A DNA stretch of 64,000 nt. It comes from Adineta vaga (lineage: Eukaryota; Animalia; Rotifera). The position numbers were made by a program, and so were the translations under genes. The notes below the pieces were generated by a model. It saw only the letters and a program-made list of their open reading frames with translations. It made no database searches and was not told the DNA's origin. Below, piece after piece: positions 32,726 to 47,200 of the stretch; positions within the stretch are counted from its first letter, which is position 1, and every line of letters starts with the position of its first letter. The stretch covers positions 5,270,001 to 5,334,000 of the forward strand of contig CP075493.1 in NCBI GenBank assembly GCA_021613535.1, given 5' to 3'.

Positions 32726-33243
32726 ATGGCACCTGATCTTAACAAAAAACTTGAAGATGAAGTTGAGAAATATCGTCAAACACAGAATGGTAAATGATCT
32801 CTTTTCTTTTGTTGATCTTCTCATTGTTCGTGAAAATAGATATGAAAAAGTTTGTCACTCAACAACAACAATTATTTGTAACAAAAACAGAAAATGATTT
32901 TGTTAAACAAGTACGTAATCATATCTTCACGAGATTTTCTTATAGAAATTAATCGCCATTCTCTAGGAATTTGACAATCTTGATTCTGGTGCTGTGATTT
33001 ATAAACTTGTCGGTCCCGTACTTGTTAAACAAGAATTAGATGAAGGCAAAGAAACAGTTGAAAAACGTCTTGTTTATTGCGAAGGTGAATTGTAAGTATA
33101 TCAGAACATTTAATAATGATAATATTGATGATTTTTATTCTAGAAAACGATTGGCAACATTAATGAAAGATACAGAAAAGAAATTGGAAATTCATCGTGA
33201 AGTTATTGCAAAAATTCAACAACAAATAGCATCAAATAAATAA
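32726..33243 (+). CDS. PFDN6: Prefoldin subunit 6, 4 exons
   Basis: Spliced product includes TENDFVKQ|EFDNLDSGAVIYKLVGPVLVKQELDEGKETVEKRL. Confidence 0.9.
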
Positions 33244-33499
33244 CTTTTCATTCATGAAATTCTGCTTTTTTGCACGTTTTCAGTTGTTTTTTTTTCAAGA
33301 ATAAAGCGTTTTAGTGCACTGAGTGATATTGTGACATTTCATGTCTTTTTTCCTAGATAAATGAAAGAACATTGTCTATACAACAGATATATATTAGTAA
33401 TTCTATAATTATAGTTATTTCAGTCTTATTCGTTTTGTTTCATTAACTAAATCTTTAGAAAAAAGAGAATCCTATAACAAGTATAATTAAAAGCACGAA

Positions 33500-33830
33500 A
33501 TGATTGTAACAACTGGTGCAGCAATGAGTGTTAGCGGACTTTTGAAATAGTCCACGTTGGAAAAGAGTGGCATGATAAAATCTGACATTCTAGGAAGGTC
33601 CCCGTAAGACACATCATTGGGCGATCTACATTGGCAATGAGGATATTATGTGAAAGAATGGTTTTGGCGAGAACTCAGTAAAATTGCTGTAAAAGCGTTT
33701 GAACCAGACGAGCTTACACATTATTGGAAGAAAATGATCAACGTTACCACTATTTTCAGAATAACTGTGAATGTTTTGCGACACTTTATCGATATGGTAG
33801 TAGTTTCAATAACTTCATCCACTGATATTT
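33500..33830 (+). pseudogene. Degraded LRAT/PLAAT (HRASLS, permuted NlpC/P60) gene
   Basis: HHWAIYIGNEDI at 33612 and RAYTLL..YHYFQNNCECFATLYRYG at ~33709-33800 lie in different frames, separated by stops and frameshifts. Boundaries are approximate. Confidence 0.72.
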
Positions 33831-34841
33831 TCTCTTAATTGTCATCGGCATAACTGTTTTTGTTGTCTTTATTGAATACAAGACTCTACTGCATTACATT
33901 ATATATGGCTCAGGGTACGCATCATCGGAATATATCATGAGAATGTAGTGTAGTTAGTGATCAAGAATATCAGAGGAATCTATTGCGTTATCTAGGAGAT
34001 ATTATCTTTGATATAATAAATGATTCGGTCATTTTTCAATCCAAGAAACAGACGAGTACTGTCATGGCCCACGTGGGAACGCTCAAAATGGTAAGATACT
34101 TAGCTTTATAGATTGTTTCAGTCTTGCCATAGGTAATATTATCGATATGTACATGTCTGATCATCTAAAAAACTAAATTTAAAGATTAAAACAATGTAAT
34201 ATCATTGGTACTATAGTTTTGAATAGTCAAGGCAAATAAAATCATTTGATTCATCTCAGTTGTCTTGAACTTATGAAGCAGATATGTTCTTTAATGAATA
34301 TATCCTTCGATTAACAAGGTAAATGATCGATATAAAAATGTGACAGATCAATACATAGACAATATTTGTTTTCCTATTTATCTGACTAAGGTCAATGTGA
34401 GAAAAAAGAAATCAAATAAACTTATTTACTAAAAACTTGCAAGCAAACTGATGACCTTAGACTGCCATAAATTATCCATCATCAAAATATATATACTGTG
34501 CATTCTCTCATGTTTCGTGTTATGTTCTTGGACGATATGATATACCTATGTTTTTCAATGTTTACTGGAAAGATATAATGAAAATGAAATATAGAAAACG
34601 TCTCATCGATGGATAACATCCTTGATGGAAAGGACGAGGTAATCAATGCAATGAATAAATAGATGCTTGTTATTTTCCTTATCCATTCTATCTAGTGACA
34701 TTGAATCATTTTATTATCTCTATGTTTGCAATCTAATATTAAATAGAAACGTTTTTCATCATCGGTTGAATTATTTTCTTCAACGTTCTCAGTTATTATT
34801 TGACTTTGACAAATATTATTCGCACATAACATATTTCGTCA

Positions 34842-36615
34842 ATGGCAAAATCGGGTACGAAAAGTCGATGTATCATATGTGATAAAGAGAAACGAGCTGT
34901 TCGATGTGAAGGTTGTCTACAATTATTTTGTTACGATCATTTAACAGATCATCGACAAGAATTAAATAAACAATTAGATTATATTGAACATACACATGAT
35001 ATTTTTCATCAAAATCTTATTGAACAATTAAAACATCCACAAATAGGTCTCTTTGCTAAACAAATTGATCAATGGGAAGAAGATTCAATACGAACTGTTC
35101 GACAAGCAGCAACTGAATGTCGACAATTATTAATTGAACATACTGCCAAAAATGTACATAATATCGAAGCTAATTTAGCGGCATTATCGGATCATTTAAA
35201 AAGAATTCGACAAGAAAATGATTTTAACGAAATTGATTTAGATATGTTTAATCAAAAATTAAAACGTTTGGCTGAAAAACTTAATAATCTTCCCAATATA
35301 ACAATACGACAAGATACATCACCACTTATTCATCGATTTTCAGTTGTTTTCTCTAATGGTAAGTCGTTTCATCATACTTTTGTACATGTTTAAACATTAA
35401 CAAAGATGAATTTAATTCAATCAAATTCTCCTATATTTTCTCTACTACTTTTCGATGATTCAAAGTTTAGGATCATTTTTCTTATATACATTTTCAGAGA
35501 ACAAGAGAGAGAGAGAGAGATAGTGCAATAACTTTTGATTACTATCTATTATCCTTATGAAATATCTATTCATCTCGTTTTGAGCCTAGAATTACTTTCA
35601 TCGTTTTCCGATCATCATTTATTCTGTTGCGACAATAGACATACGATAAGAAGATTTCTTCTTTCTGTTGGTTTTCTTAGAACCTATTGCTCCATCTAAT
35701 ACTACTCTCAATCATCCAAGATGGAAACAATATGGATTGACTGTTGCTGGATCAAACTATCCAGGTCATCAATCAAATCAGCTCTATAATCCTCTTGGTC
35801 TTTTCGTTGATGATAGCGATCCAGGAAATTGTTACATTGCTGATTACGGAAATCATCGTATCGTCAAATGGAAATGTGGAACTAATGACGGGGAAATTGT
35901 TGCTGGTGGAACAGGACAAGGAAATCGATTGGATCAACTAAGTTTTCCAACAGATGTTCTTTTTGATAAAATGAACGACTGTCTTATTATTTGCGATCAA
36001 GGTAATCGACGAATAATTCGATGGTCATGTCGTAATAAGTTCGAGCCACAAATACTTATCTCAAATATTGTCTGTTGGGGTATCGCCATAGATAAAAATG
36101 GAGATCTGTATATCTCTGATTACGAAAAAGATGAAGTGAGACGATGGACGAATGGGGATACAACTGGAGTTGTTGTTGCTGGAGGTAATGGACGAGGAAA
36201 TCAACTTGATCAACTCAACTATCCTAGTTATATCTTTATCGATGAAGATCTTTCAATCTATATCTCAGATTCAAATAATAATCGAGTGATGAAATGGGTA
36301 AAAGGTGCTCAGGAAGGCATTGTTGTAGCAGGTGGTCAAGGTCAAGGAAATAGTTTCTCACAATTATCCAATCCTCAAGGAATAGCAGTCGATCAATGTG
36401 GCCATATTTATGTAGCGGACTCACACAATCATCGCATAGTTCGTTGGTTACCAAATGCTACGAAAGGTAATCTTGTGGTCGGTGGCAATGGACAAGGAAC
36501 ACGACCAAATCAATTTAATTGTCCATTAGGTATTTCCTTTGATCGACATGGTAATTTATGTGTAGTCGATTGGGGTAATAATCGAATAAAAAAATTTAAC
36601 ATTGATACTGATTAA
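34842..36615 (+). CDS. B-box-like/coiled-coil plus NHL-repeat beta-propeller protein; intron 35359-35680
   Basis: CxxC..CxGC..FCxxH..H followed by coiled coil; exon 2 has repeated VVAGGNGxGxxLxQLxxP..IYxxDxxNxR NHL units. Confidence 0.9.
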
Positions 36616-37285
36616 AACTGTTTTCATTCGTCGGTATTCGTAATAAACATAATGTAATGTTTCGTCCGAACTTGATGCATTCATTGAGAAATAGATCTAA
36701 AGATTGTTAAATATCAAAACATATTGAAACAAAATACTCACCGATCTAAATGATAGGACAAAATTACAAAACACTGAAAAATTCCGTATGAAAGACGGTG
36801 TAAACCATATATAGTTTTATACAACTGTTTAGAAGTAAAAATAATAAAAAGCAAAATTCAGTGGTAAACATATAGTCCTGATAGTGTTTAGAAAAGATTT
36901 TACAAAAAAAAATTTTTAGACACTAGCTCTCTATATTTATTCGTATATTGTCTAATAAGGTATAATAGATATCATTCTAACCAGCTGTTACATTGTGAAA
37001 GAATACCATAGGGACGACAGGAGTATAGAGTATAATGCTAATAAATACTGAAATGAGAATTTACACGGTTATTCCACATACAACTATAATCCTTGTTTAA
37101 ATCATCTCTACAAAATCGCACAATCATAATATGTATGACAAAAAGATATTTCCTCCTCTATCGTATGAACATTCCTGTCATCTTTCGAACTATAGTATTG
37201 GCTTATTCGGTTCTAGACAAAAATATCATCTGATTGGTCAATTTTCTCTGTTCATCATCAGAATATTATTTAATAAATAAATAAG

Positions 37286-38562
37286 ATGTATTTTGATGAA
37301 TTAGCTGTAAAACAACATTTATCACTTGAATATTTGTTGGAAATACTATCGGATGTTTTATATCGATATTCTAAACAAGATGCATCACTTCAACAACCTC
37401 TACGTTCAGTTTTATCGATTAATGATCCACAAAAGTAAATTCAAAACTTTCTTTCCATTGATTATTCATGTATTGAATACTTTCAGTTGTCTTTTGAATA
37501 AACCATGTATCGATTTTCACCGTGGGTATATGTGTGTGAAAACTATTACATATTTTCCAGAAAGTTCACCTACAATTGATGGTGTTGTATCATTATTTGA
37601 TTCAAAGACTGGTCGTTTACTACTGGTATGCCTTAAAAATCTATCGTCGTTAAATATTTTATGATATTTTAGATCGCTGATGCCAAAGAAATAACTGCAC
37701 AACGTACAGCTACAACTTCATTTCTTGCTACACAAGTATGAATGAGATAATTTCATATGAAAAGAATTTTAATTAATTTCTTATTAGTTATTGACATTAT
37801 CGAAATGGACTGATGATCAGAAGAAAAATGCTTGTTTGACAATCATTGGTTGTAGTGTTCAAGGAAATGCACATTTGAAAGTTTTCACTCAATTATACAA
37901 ATGGAATAAGGTTTGAATCGTAATTTGTTCGTATAATATATCAAAGATGTTGATTATTTTGTATAGGTATATTTATGGAGTCGTAATGTAAAAAATGCGA
38001 TCGATTTACAATCGAAATATTCTTCAAAATTAGATTGTGTTGAAATTTTGAACGATTTAAATGATGATCGTTTGTATGAATCAGATGTGATTTGTACTTG
38101 TACTGGAAGTGAAGAAGCTTTAATTGGATTGAAACAAGTGAAAAAAGGTGTGCATATAAATGGTAAGTAAAAAGCTTTATTTTAGAAGAAATAAATAAGT
38201 GAGACTTTCTTTTCAGCTGTTGGATCATTTAGTCCGACAATGCGTGAACTTGCTGATGATTTAATGTTATCCGAAGATACGAACGTAATCGTTGATAGTC
38301 GTGAAAGTGCTTTAAAAGAAGCTGGTGAAATTATTCAATCGAAAGTATATTGTCTGTTACATCTCTTATATTCTTCTCTATTGATTTCAATTAGGTCAAA
38401 ATAACAGCTGAATTAGGTGAAGTGATTAATAATGAAGGATTTTGTCAAGAAATTTCGAAAGGCAAAACAACGATTTTTAAATCAGTTGGTTTGGCAATTG
38501 AAGATCTAGCAGCAGCTATTGTTCTTCATGAATCCCACAACGAAAAGAATAAAGCAGATTAA
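37286..38562 (+). CDS. CRYM: Mu-crystallin / ornithine cyclodeaminase family (ketimine reductase-like), ~7 exons
   Basis: LFDSKTG..DAKEITAQRTA, GVHINAVGS, VDSRESALKEAGE, TIFKSVGLAIEDLAAA. Confidence 0.85.
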
Positions 38563-40339
38563 ATTTTATGAGAAAAATATTTTTTTATTTGATTAAAATT
38601 TTCATTTTTTTATTTATGATTATACATTGATTTCCAAAGAAATAATATTAATTTTTTCAGATAAACTAGTGATTCAGTTGGCAGTGATTTAAAGATAAGA
38701 AGAAAAGAAGTTGAAATTCAGATGAAGTGAGTAAAAAAAGAATTAGCTTTAATTCGATGTTAATCGTATTAAATATATTTAACATTCCGATAAATTTTCA
38801 AAAAGGTTACACATAAATTAATTTCTTATTTTGTATAAATGTCAACAGTTAATGCATTTCTGCGCAATATTTACGTCAAGGATAATTTATACTATCGTTA
38901 GTAATGATATGTATATATCTACCATCATCTAATGAATAACCGTACTATAATAACGTACGCCTTCTAGACATAATGGCGCAATTGTCGAAAGTATTCAGTA
39001 TATAATTTTCAGATGATCAAAAGTAAATATTGATCTTTTAAAGCAAAAAAAAGAGAATGATAGGTTTCTTATGTATTAAACTGTAAGCAAATTTTTGATT
39101 TGAGGTATAAGAGTTTAGCATTTTTCGCGTACAAGAAAATGACATGTTGTTGACTTATTAATTTCTGTGATAAATCATAAATGTATGTTTGGAAGAAAGA
39201 ATAGCCTTTCCCGTCTTTCTTTAGATATACGTATGCAAAAATATTTTCGCCTAATAATTATTCAGTACAATCGAGATATGCACTTTAACGAAAAAGAGGA
39301 AAGAAAACAACACGAGGGGAGAGATAAGTCATTTGCCTACACACCCATTTTCTTGTTTTTTTCTACGTTGATGCAAAAACGAACATGATCCCGTGTATTT
39401 GTTTTCATACTTTAGATAAGTCATATCATGTGCCTTGCTTTTTCTTCAATTTTAAATTAAATTTTAACCATAAGAAATTTACTGAGGTCATACTAATCGT
39501 CTGATGTAAATATTATCTTTCTATGATAATACGTAGGTGTGCAAAACAAGAGATATCTGTTTTATCTTCTATGGACATTGTAATGAAGATCAGTAGCTTC
39601 GAGGTATATCATTATTTGCGCATATTTTTTTTATTTCTCACTGTTTAATGGATATCCATATGGCTCGTAAATAAGCGACGATATTTCAGTTACAATCTAG
39701 TCTTTAATATTTTTTGCATATCACGCCATTGCATTCACATTTTTTCGATCACGAGGTATATATATATATTCAACCGCAGAATCACGCGCGTAACCTTCGC
39801 TATCAGAAGACAAAAACAACATTTAAAGAACGAAGAGGTGTGTCGCCTGATGCGTCGAATATTCTTTTTCTTTCTTTCTTTCTCATTTTCCCTCTCGTTT
39901 TTTTTTCTTCTTCTTTTGTTACACGAGCTAGAAATATGACGTCATAACAAATCGAATAAGTGCTGAGAGACATACACACACACACATATATATATATATA
40001 CAGTATGCCTATGCAATATTCGTTCTCTCTTATCTATTTACACGCATAAATAGTATTGCTAGAAAAGACTAGTAATGATATTTTGTTAGTATTTCCTTTT
40101 ATTTCTTCCCTGGACTATTAACAATGATGAAAAGAAAGAACGTACTAAGATGAATATGTTGTGTGTGTACGTGAATGAATCATGTTATTTCGTAAATACT
40201 ATTTGCACCTCGAGAAAAATCTTTTCATTTCTCTTCTTTCGATAGAAGCATGTGATCGTCACATTGATTCATTTCTTTTCTTTTCGTTTAGTACAACTTC
40301 TGAATGTTGTATTTTCATTCATAGAAAACGTAAGTCACA

Positions 40340-43300
40340 ATGTCTGCTATTGCAAGCATAATTACGTCATATGTAAAATCGGCTTATAACAATATCAATC
40401 CGTCCACACTTACCGGTGCCATTGATATTATTGTTGTTAGACAAGAAGATGGAACACTTCGTGGTACACCATTTCATGTTCGTTTTGGCAAACTAGGTGT
40501 GCTTAGAAATCAACAAAATAAGGTAAAGATAAATAGATAATGATTTTAGAAACACAATTAAATTTCGTTTAGGTTTATATAACTATCAATGGCAATCCAG
40601 TCGAAGATCTCTATATGGAATTGGGACAAGCTGGAGAAGCGCTATTTATCGAAGAAGATACAGGTCCATCAAGTCTTCCACCAATGCGCCATTTGGATCC
40701 ATCAAATAATAATAATTGTTTTGATCCTGATAATGCTTTAAGCATTGATGGTCATCCACAATTATCGAACATTGATTGTTCACCTCAAATAATTAATAAA
40801 CAACTTGATGAACAAAAAGCTCATGATACTAATGAACCTGTTGCTAAATATGCATATGAACAACCGGGAGTATCATCGATTGATGTTGATACTTTGAATT
40901 CGACTACAACAACATCAAATCGTCGTCGTCCAAAACGGCGACTACTCAATCGTAATGAACAAATAAATAAAACATCAAGTGAAGAAGATGAAGCACAAGA
41001 ACAAGATGAAGATGCTGAAATTGAAAATATGTTATCGTTAACAAGACGTCAATCACGTGTTCGAACACGTGATCGGACTCCTGTTTCAATGCATGATATG
41101 CAAAATGGTAATCAGCGTACTGATTCAACTGTACCTATGATACGAAGACGTAGTGCAAGTGAAAACGATGTACCATTCTTTCAACTTGATGACGAAAAAC
41201 AATCGGAGTCTTCGACACCTTTTGTCGATGCACATAGTCGACTGAATAGCATTGACAGTCGAAAAAAATTATTAATTATTCCACCAAAAAAATTACCGGA
41301 ATCTGATCAGGATGATAATGATGACGATGATGGTGATGATAATGAAAGTTATAGTAGTAGTCAAGAAGATAGTCTTCGTAATGATGAATTTCATCAAAAA
41401 ACCAAACGTACTCTATCCAATCCAATACCAATTGAGCAGAAACCAGTCGAAGATGATCTTTTAAATTCTAATAATCAATCTAGTTCATTATTGGAAACAG
41501 TTTTTTCTCAATCAGCACCATCAACTAATAATAATATAACTATAGCACCAATTCGTATTAGTCAATCCATTGGTCAAAAGTCATATTATTTAAATGAAGA
41601 TTATACTCCACCATCATCGTTTGAAGATGCAACACCGCCTCGACCAACAAGTCCAAAATCAGATACGGAATATGTATTAGATAAAACAGCCCAATCATCT
41701 ACAAAAAATGTTCGAAGATATTTTGGTTGGAGATGGAAATGGGGAGAATTGCCAGAACGATCAAGTGTATTGCGATATTTCTGGCCATCGTCATCAAAAG
41801 CACAAAAAACGACACCAAAAGAAGGTCTCTATCTTGATGATATTACAAACGATAAATGCGATGATCGATCACGTTATCTACCAGAATTAGATTATCGTCA
41901 AAGTCAACAACAAACTTCACTCGATGAGGATCAAGAATCAGGAACTGGAAATTCCATTCCACATTCACCAGTTCGAGAATATGAAACTTCGTAAGTAAAA
42001 AAATCACTTCTTTGCTTTTTTTCTCGCTTGGAAACTTAGAAAACTTGAAGTTTTCCCTCAGATGAACAGTTTAACATCTAATTTTGATCTTATGTTTGAC
42101 TTATTTCAGTGATCAAATAATACTCTTTTATTGGTAAGATATATTGTCTATAGTATATGGTTGTAGTTTCTGCACATATCTTTTTGTTTTCTTTTTGAGT
42201 ACATTTTTATTCATTTGGATTTGCTTTTTCTCTCTTTTCAGTTGTCTTCTTGGTGATGTTCAACTTTCATTATGTGGAAATTTGAGTAAATTATCATCGA
42301 TGACAGATGATTTATTTAATGCACATCTTATTTCTTATGATACATTTGCAAGTAATCCATCAATTATTAATGATCCTAATTTAGTTGTACGTATTGCTGG
42401 AAAATATTATAATTGGAGTGTTGCTTCTGCATTGATGGCTTCAACAAATATTTATCACAAAGAATTGCCTGTTGAAACAGTAGAACATTTACAAGCTAAA
42501 CATATGACACAATCGAAATCACGAACAACAAGTAGTAGTAGTGGCAATGGATGGTGGCCATTTTCTGGCAAGACAAATGTTGCAAAAACTGATGATACTG
42601 ATTTGGCTACTGCCGAAGCACTTGCATTAGTGGTCAAAGCTGAAGTTATTCCATCGATATTAAAATCTAAAAACTTAGCTCGAAATAATTCGTATGTTTC
42701 TTGTTTTATTTATTAATTGATTAATTATCTTCATTTGTTTGTAGTCATGATAGTGAACAAGAAGATAGTGAAGTAAAAAAATTAACCGATAAAATCGAAC
42801 AACGACAACAACCACCAACAACAAAAACATTGAAAAAAACAATGATTTTAACATCTGATCAATTAAAACGCTTGAATCTGAAATCAGGCACTAATCATGT
42901 TGAATTCAGTGTTACTACCGCTTTCCAAGGTACAACTGTTGTTGAAGCAAATATTTTCTTATTTGATCATATGACAAAATTTGTCATATCTGATATTGAT
43001 GGAACTATAACAAGATCGGATGTTTTTGGTCATATTCTTCCATTAGTTGGCAGAGATTGGTATCATGAAGGTATTGCTGATTTCTTTCAAGCAATCCAAG
43101 AAAATGGTTATCAATTTATTTATTTATCGGCACGTGCTATTGGACAAAGTGATTTAACACGAACGTGTCTTCGTAATGTCAATCAATGTGGTAGTGCATT
43201 ACCAAGTGGTCCATTATTAATTTCACCAGATACTTTAATGACTGCACTTTATCGGTTTGTTAATTATTAGCATTTTTCTTTTCATGTGATAAAATTCCAT

Positions 43301-43902
43301 TTCTTTCGTTTGTTTAGAGAGGTGATTGCGAAAAAACCAGAAGATTTTAAAATTGAATGTTTAAAAAACATTGCTAGTTTATTTCCTGATAAAAATCCGT
43401 TTTATGCTGGTTTTGGTAATCGAATTAATGTAAATTCTTCGATTCTTTGTTTTTCCAATTCGTACAGAATCATCTTTTGTTCTTATAGGATCAATGGGCA
43501 TATACAGCTGTTGGTATCCCGGTAACACGTATATTTACAATAAATCCCCGTGGTGAAGTTGTTCGACAAAAAATGTCTCAAATCTTGTCAACTTCATATA
43601 AAAATTTACATGAAGTTGTTGATCAAGTCTTTCCTCCTATGGATTCATTTTCTGCTAGTGAAACATACTCATCGTTTACATTTTGGCGTGATGAACCTGC
43701 TATGGATACATTCGATGAAGAAATGCTTCAACAATTAGCAGCAATGACTCCACGACAAAAATCGAAAGGTAAAAGCCCAACACTACCAGTAACAACTGGC
43801 GTTTTACCAAAAACAACTCCAACAACAACAGTGATAAAACCCGGAGGTGAAAAATTATTAACAATAGCTCAAGCGACGGAAAATACAGTGAAAAAAGCAT
43901 AG
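40340..43902 (+). CDS. LPIN: Lipin (phosphatidate phosphatase), multi-exon
   Basis: N-LIP ([26 protein letters not shown]), WKWGELP, mid domain LSLCG, HAD motif [22 protein letters not shown]. Confidence 0.95.
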
Positions 43903-44220
43903 ATAATATTTTTAATTGTTCTTTCGTTTTTCGATCGATCAACATCCGAATGTCAGATATTGATAAACATTAATTTTTCTTTTTTCTCTCTTATTCATTC
44001 CTCAGTTTACTTTCTTCATCTATTCTCTATCGTTTCTTCCCGTTGATTTCAATATAACTGCATGTGTATTGTTGTTGTTTTCATGTATATTTATATGTGC
44101 GTGTGTGTGCGTGAAGGTTTGTGCGTATTTTAAAGAAAAGAAAAATGTTATTCAAAACAAAAATCTAAACTAAATAAGAGATGTTTTTAGTTTCTAGTTT
44201 TGGACATATTTCATTTATAG

Positions 44221-47200
44221 ATGAAACCATCTCGTTTAGCACGTCGTTTTAATAAGAAAGGTCGTCAAGAGAAAAAAGTTGTTGTTATTGAACAAAATCC
44301 ATTAACAAATGTAATTTGTTTTTTCGTCTGCTCATATTTATCCTATTTCAAGTATTTTCGTTATTGTCAATTAGGTTCTTGTTGAAAGTGAGACAACAAC
44401 AGCGGATAATAATTCCATTTTACCATCGAAGAAACGAACTACTCGAACTATTAATCAAACAACAGCACCTGTTAAACGTAAACTATCGAAGAAAGAACGC
44501 AAACGTTTAGAAAAAGTGCTCGATCTTAAAAATAAGAAAGCAAAAGTAAGAATATTCAAAAAGATAAAACTTTCGTAATAAAGATTCATTTTTTTTCTGT
44601 TCTATAGCGTGTTGAATTATTAGATAAATTAGGTCAAGTTCAAATTGGTAATGATGAATTGGCACTTCTTCATTCTGTGAAAAATATTGGTACTAAACCA
44701 AAACGGTATTCCTTTTCTTTTTGTATCAAAAACATTCAGTTCATTCGTCTTCGTCTTCTAGTCAACCGATTAATATTCCTACTTTAACAGATACTTCGTC
44801 ATCGACGATTATTAATCTTAATCATCTCTCTAGAAAACGTCCAGCACAAATAGCAACTGAAACCATTCATAAGTTCGTAATCATTTCATATGTCTACCTT
44901 ATTTCCTTTTTTTTCTCTTTAGTGAAGTTGATCTTAGTTCGAGTGATGATGAAGATGTCGATGGTACCATCAATGATGAAGATATTCGTAAAGCATTACT
45001 TCCTTCTCAATCATCAGCAACACCATCAACTCCAACGATTGTTCCATCTAGTATTTCCAATCGACGTCGACGAAAAAGTAGTGCTAGTAGCAGCGAAGAA
45101 GTGACTGTTGACATTCCTGCTCGACCTCATGCAAATGTTCAAGTTGAACGTAGTGAAGAAATTCAAGCAATACGTTCTCAATTACCCATCATTACCGAAG
45201 AACAAGTCATCATGGAAGCTATTCATGATAATCTGGTCGTACTAATTTGTGGTGAAACTGGTAAAAGACCATTTTTTTCCTATTTTGACCATAGAAATAA
45301 TCTAATTTTTGTTATCTTTCAATGAAGGTAGTGGTAAAACTACTCAATTACCTCAATTTCTTTATGAAGCTGGCTATACTCTTGGTGGTAAACTGATTGG
45401 TATTACTGAACCACGGCGTGTTGCTGCTATTTCAATGGCTTCACGTGTTGCACATGAATTAAATTTAACCGATGAGTTCGTTGATACAATATTTTTTCGA
45501 ACGAACAAAACTTAATCATTCTCTATTTCTAGTCAAGTATCATATCAAATTCGTTATGAAGGTACATTTAAAAAAGAAACAACGTGTATCAAATTTATGA
45601 CTGATGGTGTTCTATTAAAAGAAGTTCAAAATGATTTCTTATTAACTAATTATAGTTGTATCTTGATTGATGAAGCACATGAACGTAGTGTAGCAACTGA
45701 TGTTCTCATCGGTCTATTGTCACGTATTGTACCTATTCGTTGTCGACGAAATGATCCACTTCGATTAGTTATTATGTCTGCGACGATGCGAATTGATGAA
45801 TTTGTTAATAATCGACATTTATTTAAATTAAAACCGAAAATTATTAATATTGACGCAAGACAATATCCAGTGACAATACATTTCAATAAAAAGACACCGA
45901 AAAACTATGTTGAAGAAGCATATAAAAAAGTTTGTAAAATTCATCGTCAATTACCTACCGGTGGTATTCTCGTGTTTGTAACTGGTCAACAAGAAGTTCA
46001 AGTATTGTGTCATCGATTACGAAAGAAATTTCCAATGCGAACACAAACAGAAAATGATCGTAAGATAAAATGATATTGTCCTTTGTTTTACTCCTATTTT
46101 TTTTTCATTCTAATTTAGATGATGAACCAGAATTAAAACCGAAAAAATTGAAAAAGAATAAGAAACAAATAGCTATAGAGAATAAGTCTTCTTTGGGTAT
46201 TATTGATGAAGAAGAACTTGAACATTTACAATCTGATATTGAGGAAGATGAAGGAGGAAAAGAAGGTTCGATCGCAAGTGATATCGATGATGGTGATGAT
46301 GAAGATGATGGCATGGGTGCTGGAGAAATTTCTTCTGAACCACTTTATGTTCTTCCACTTTATGCAATACTTTCATCAAATAAACAAGCTCGAGTATGTC
46401 CTTGATATTTTGTTATTGGTTAAACATATTCGATTTAGGTATTTGAACCTCCACCACCTGGAACACGTTTATGTGTTGTAGCTACGAATGTTGCTGAAAC
46501 ATCGATTACAATTTCTGATGTGAAATACATTATCGATTGTGGAAAAGTAAAAGATTGATCATGATAACATCTAAAATCATTTTATATGTATAGGTTAAAA
46601 CAAAATATTATGATAAATTAACAGGTGTATCAACATTTCGAATTGAATGGACATCGAAAGCATCGGCAAATCAACGAACAGGTCGTGCTGGTCGAACAGC
46701 ACCCGGTCATTGTACGTTCTCTTTTGTATGTCTATTTGTATTCTACTATCTCTTTTAGGTTATCGTCTTTATTCATCCGCAATTTATAATGATTCATTTA
46801 CAGAATATACACCACCGGAAATTATTCGAAAACCTGTTGAAGATCTTGTTTTACAATTAAAAACATTAAATATCGATCGTTTAGCAAATTTTCCATTTCC
46901 TACTCCACCAGATCTCAAAGCGATAGCTGTTGCTGAACAAATTCTTGTGCAATTGAATGCTCTCGATGAAAAATCACCAACAAAAAAGATTTCAGAATTA
47001 GGTCGACGAATGTCAGCATTTCCACTTAATCCAAGATATTCAAAAATGTTAGTTATTGCTCAAGAAAATCAAGTTCTATTACCATATATCATTGCATTAG
47101 TCGCAGCATTGAGTGTCAATGAAGTATTAACGAATGGACATGTGAAAATTCAAAAAGTAATGAAGTTTTACAAAACGAATATGTATATAATAGAAGTAAT

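Noticed and set aside
34380-34465. 9-bp inverted repeat CTAAGGTCA / TGACCTTAG
   Set aside because: Too short, no target-site duplication seen, compatible with chance.
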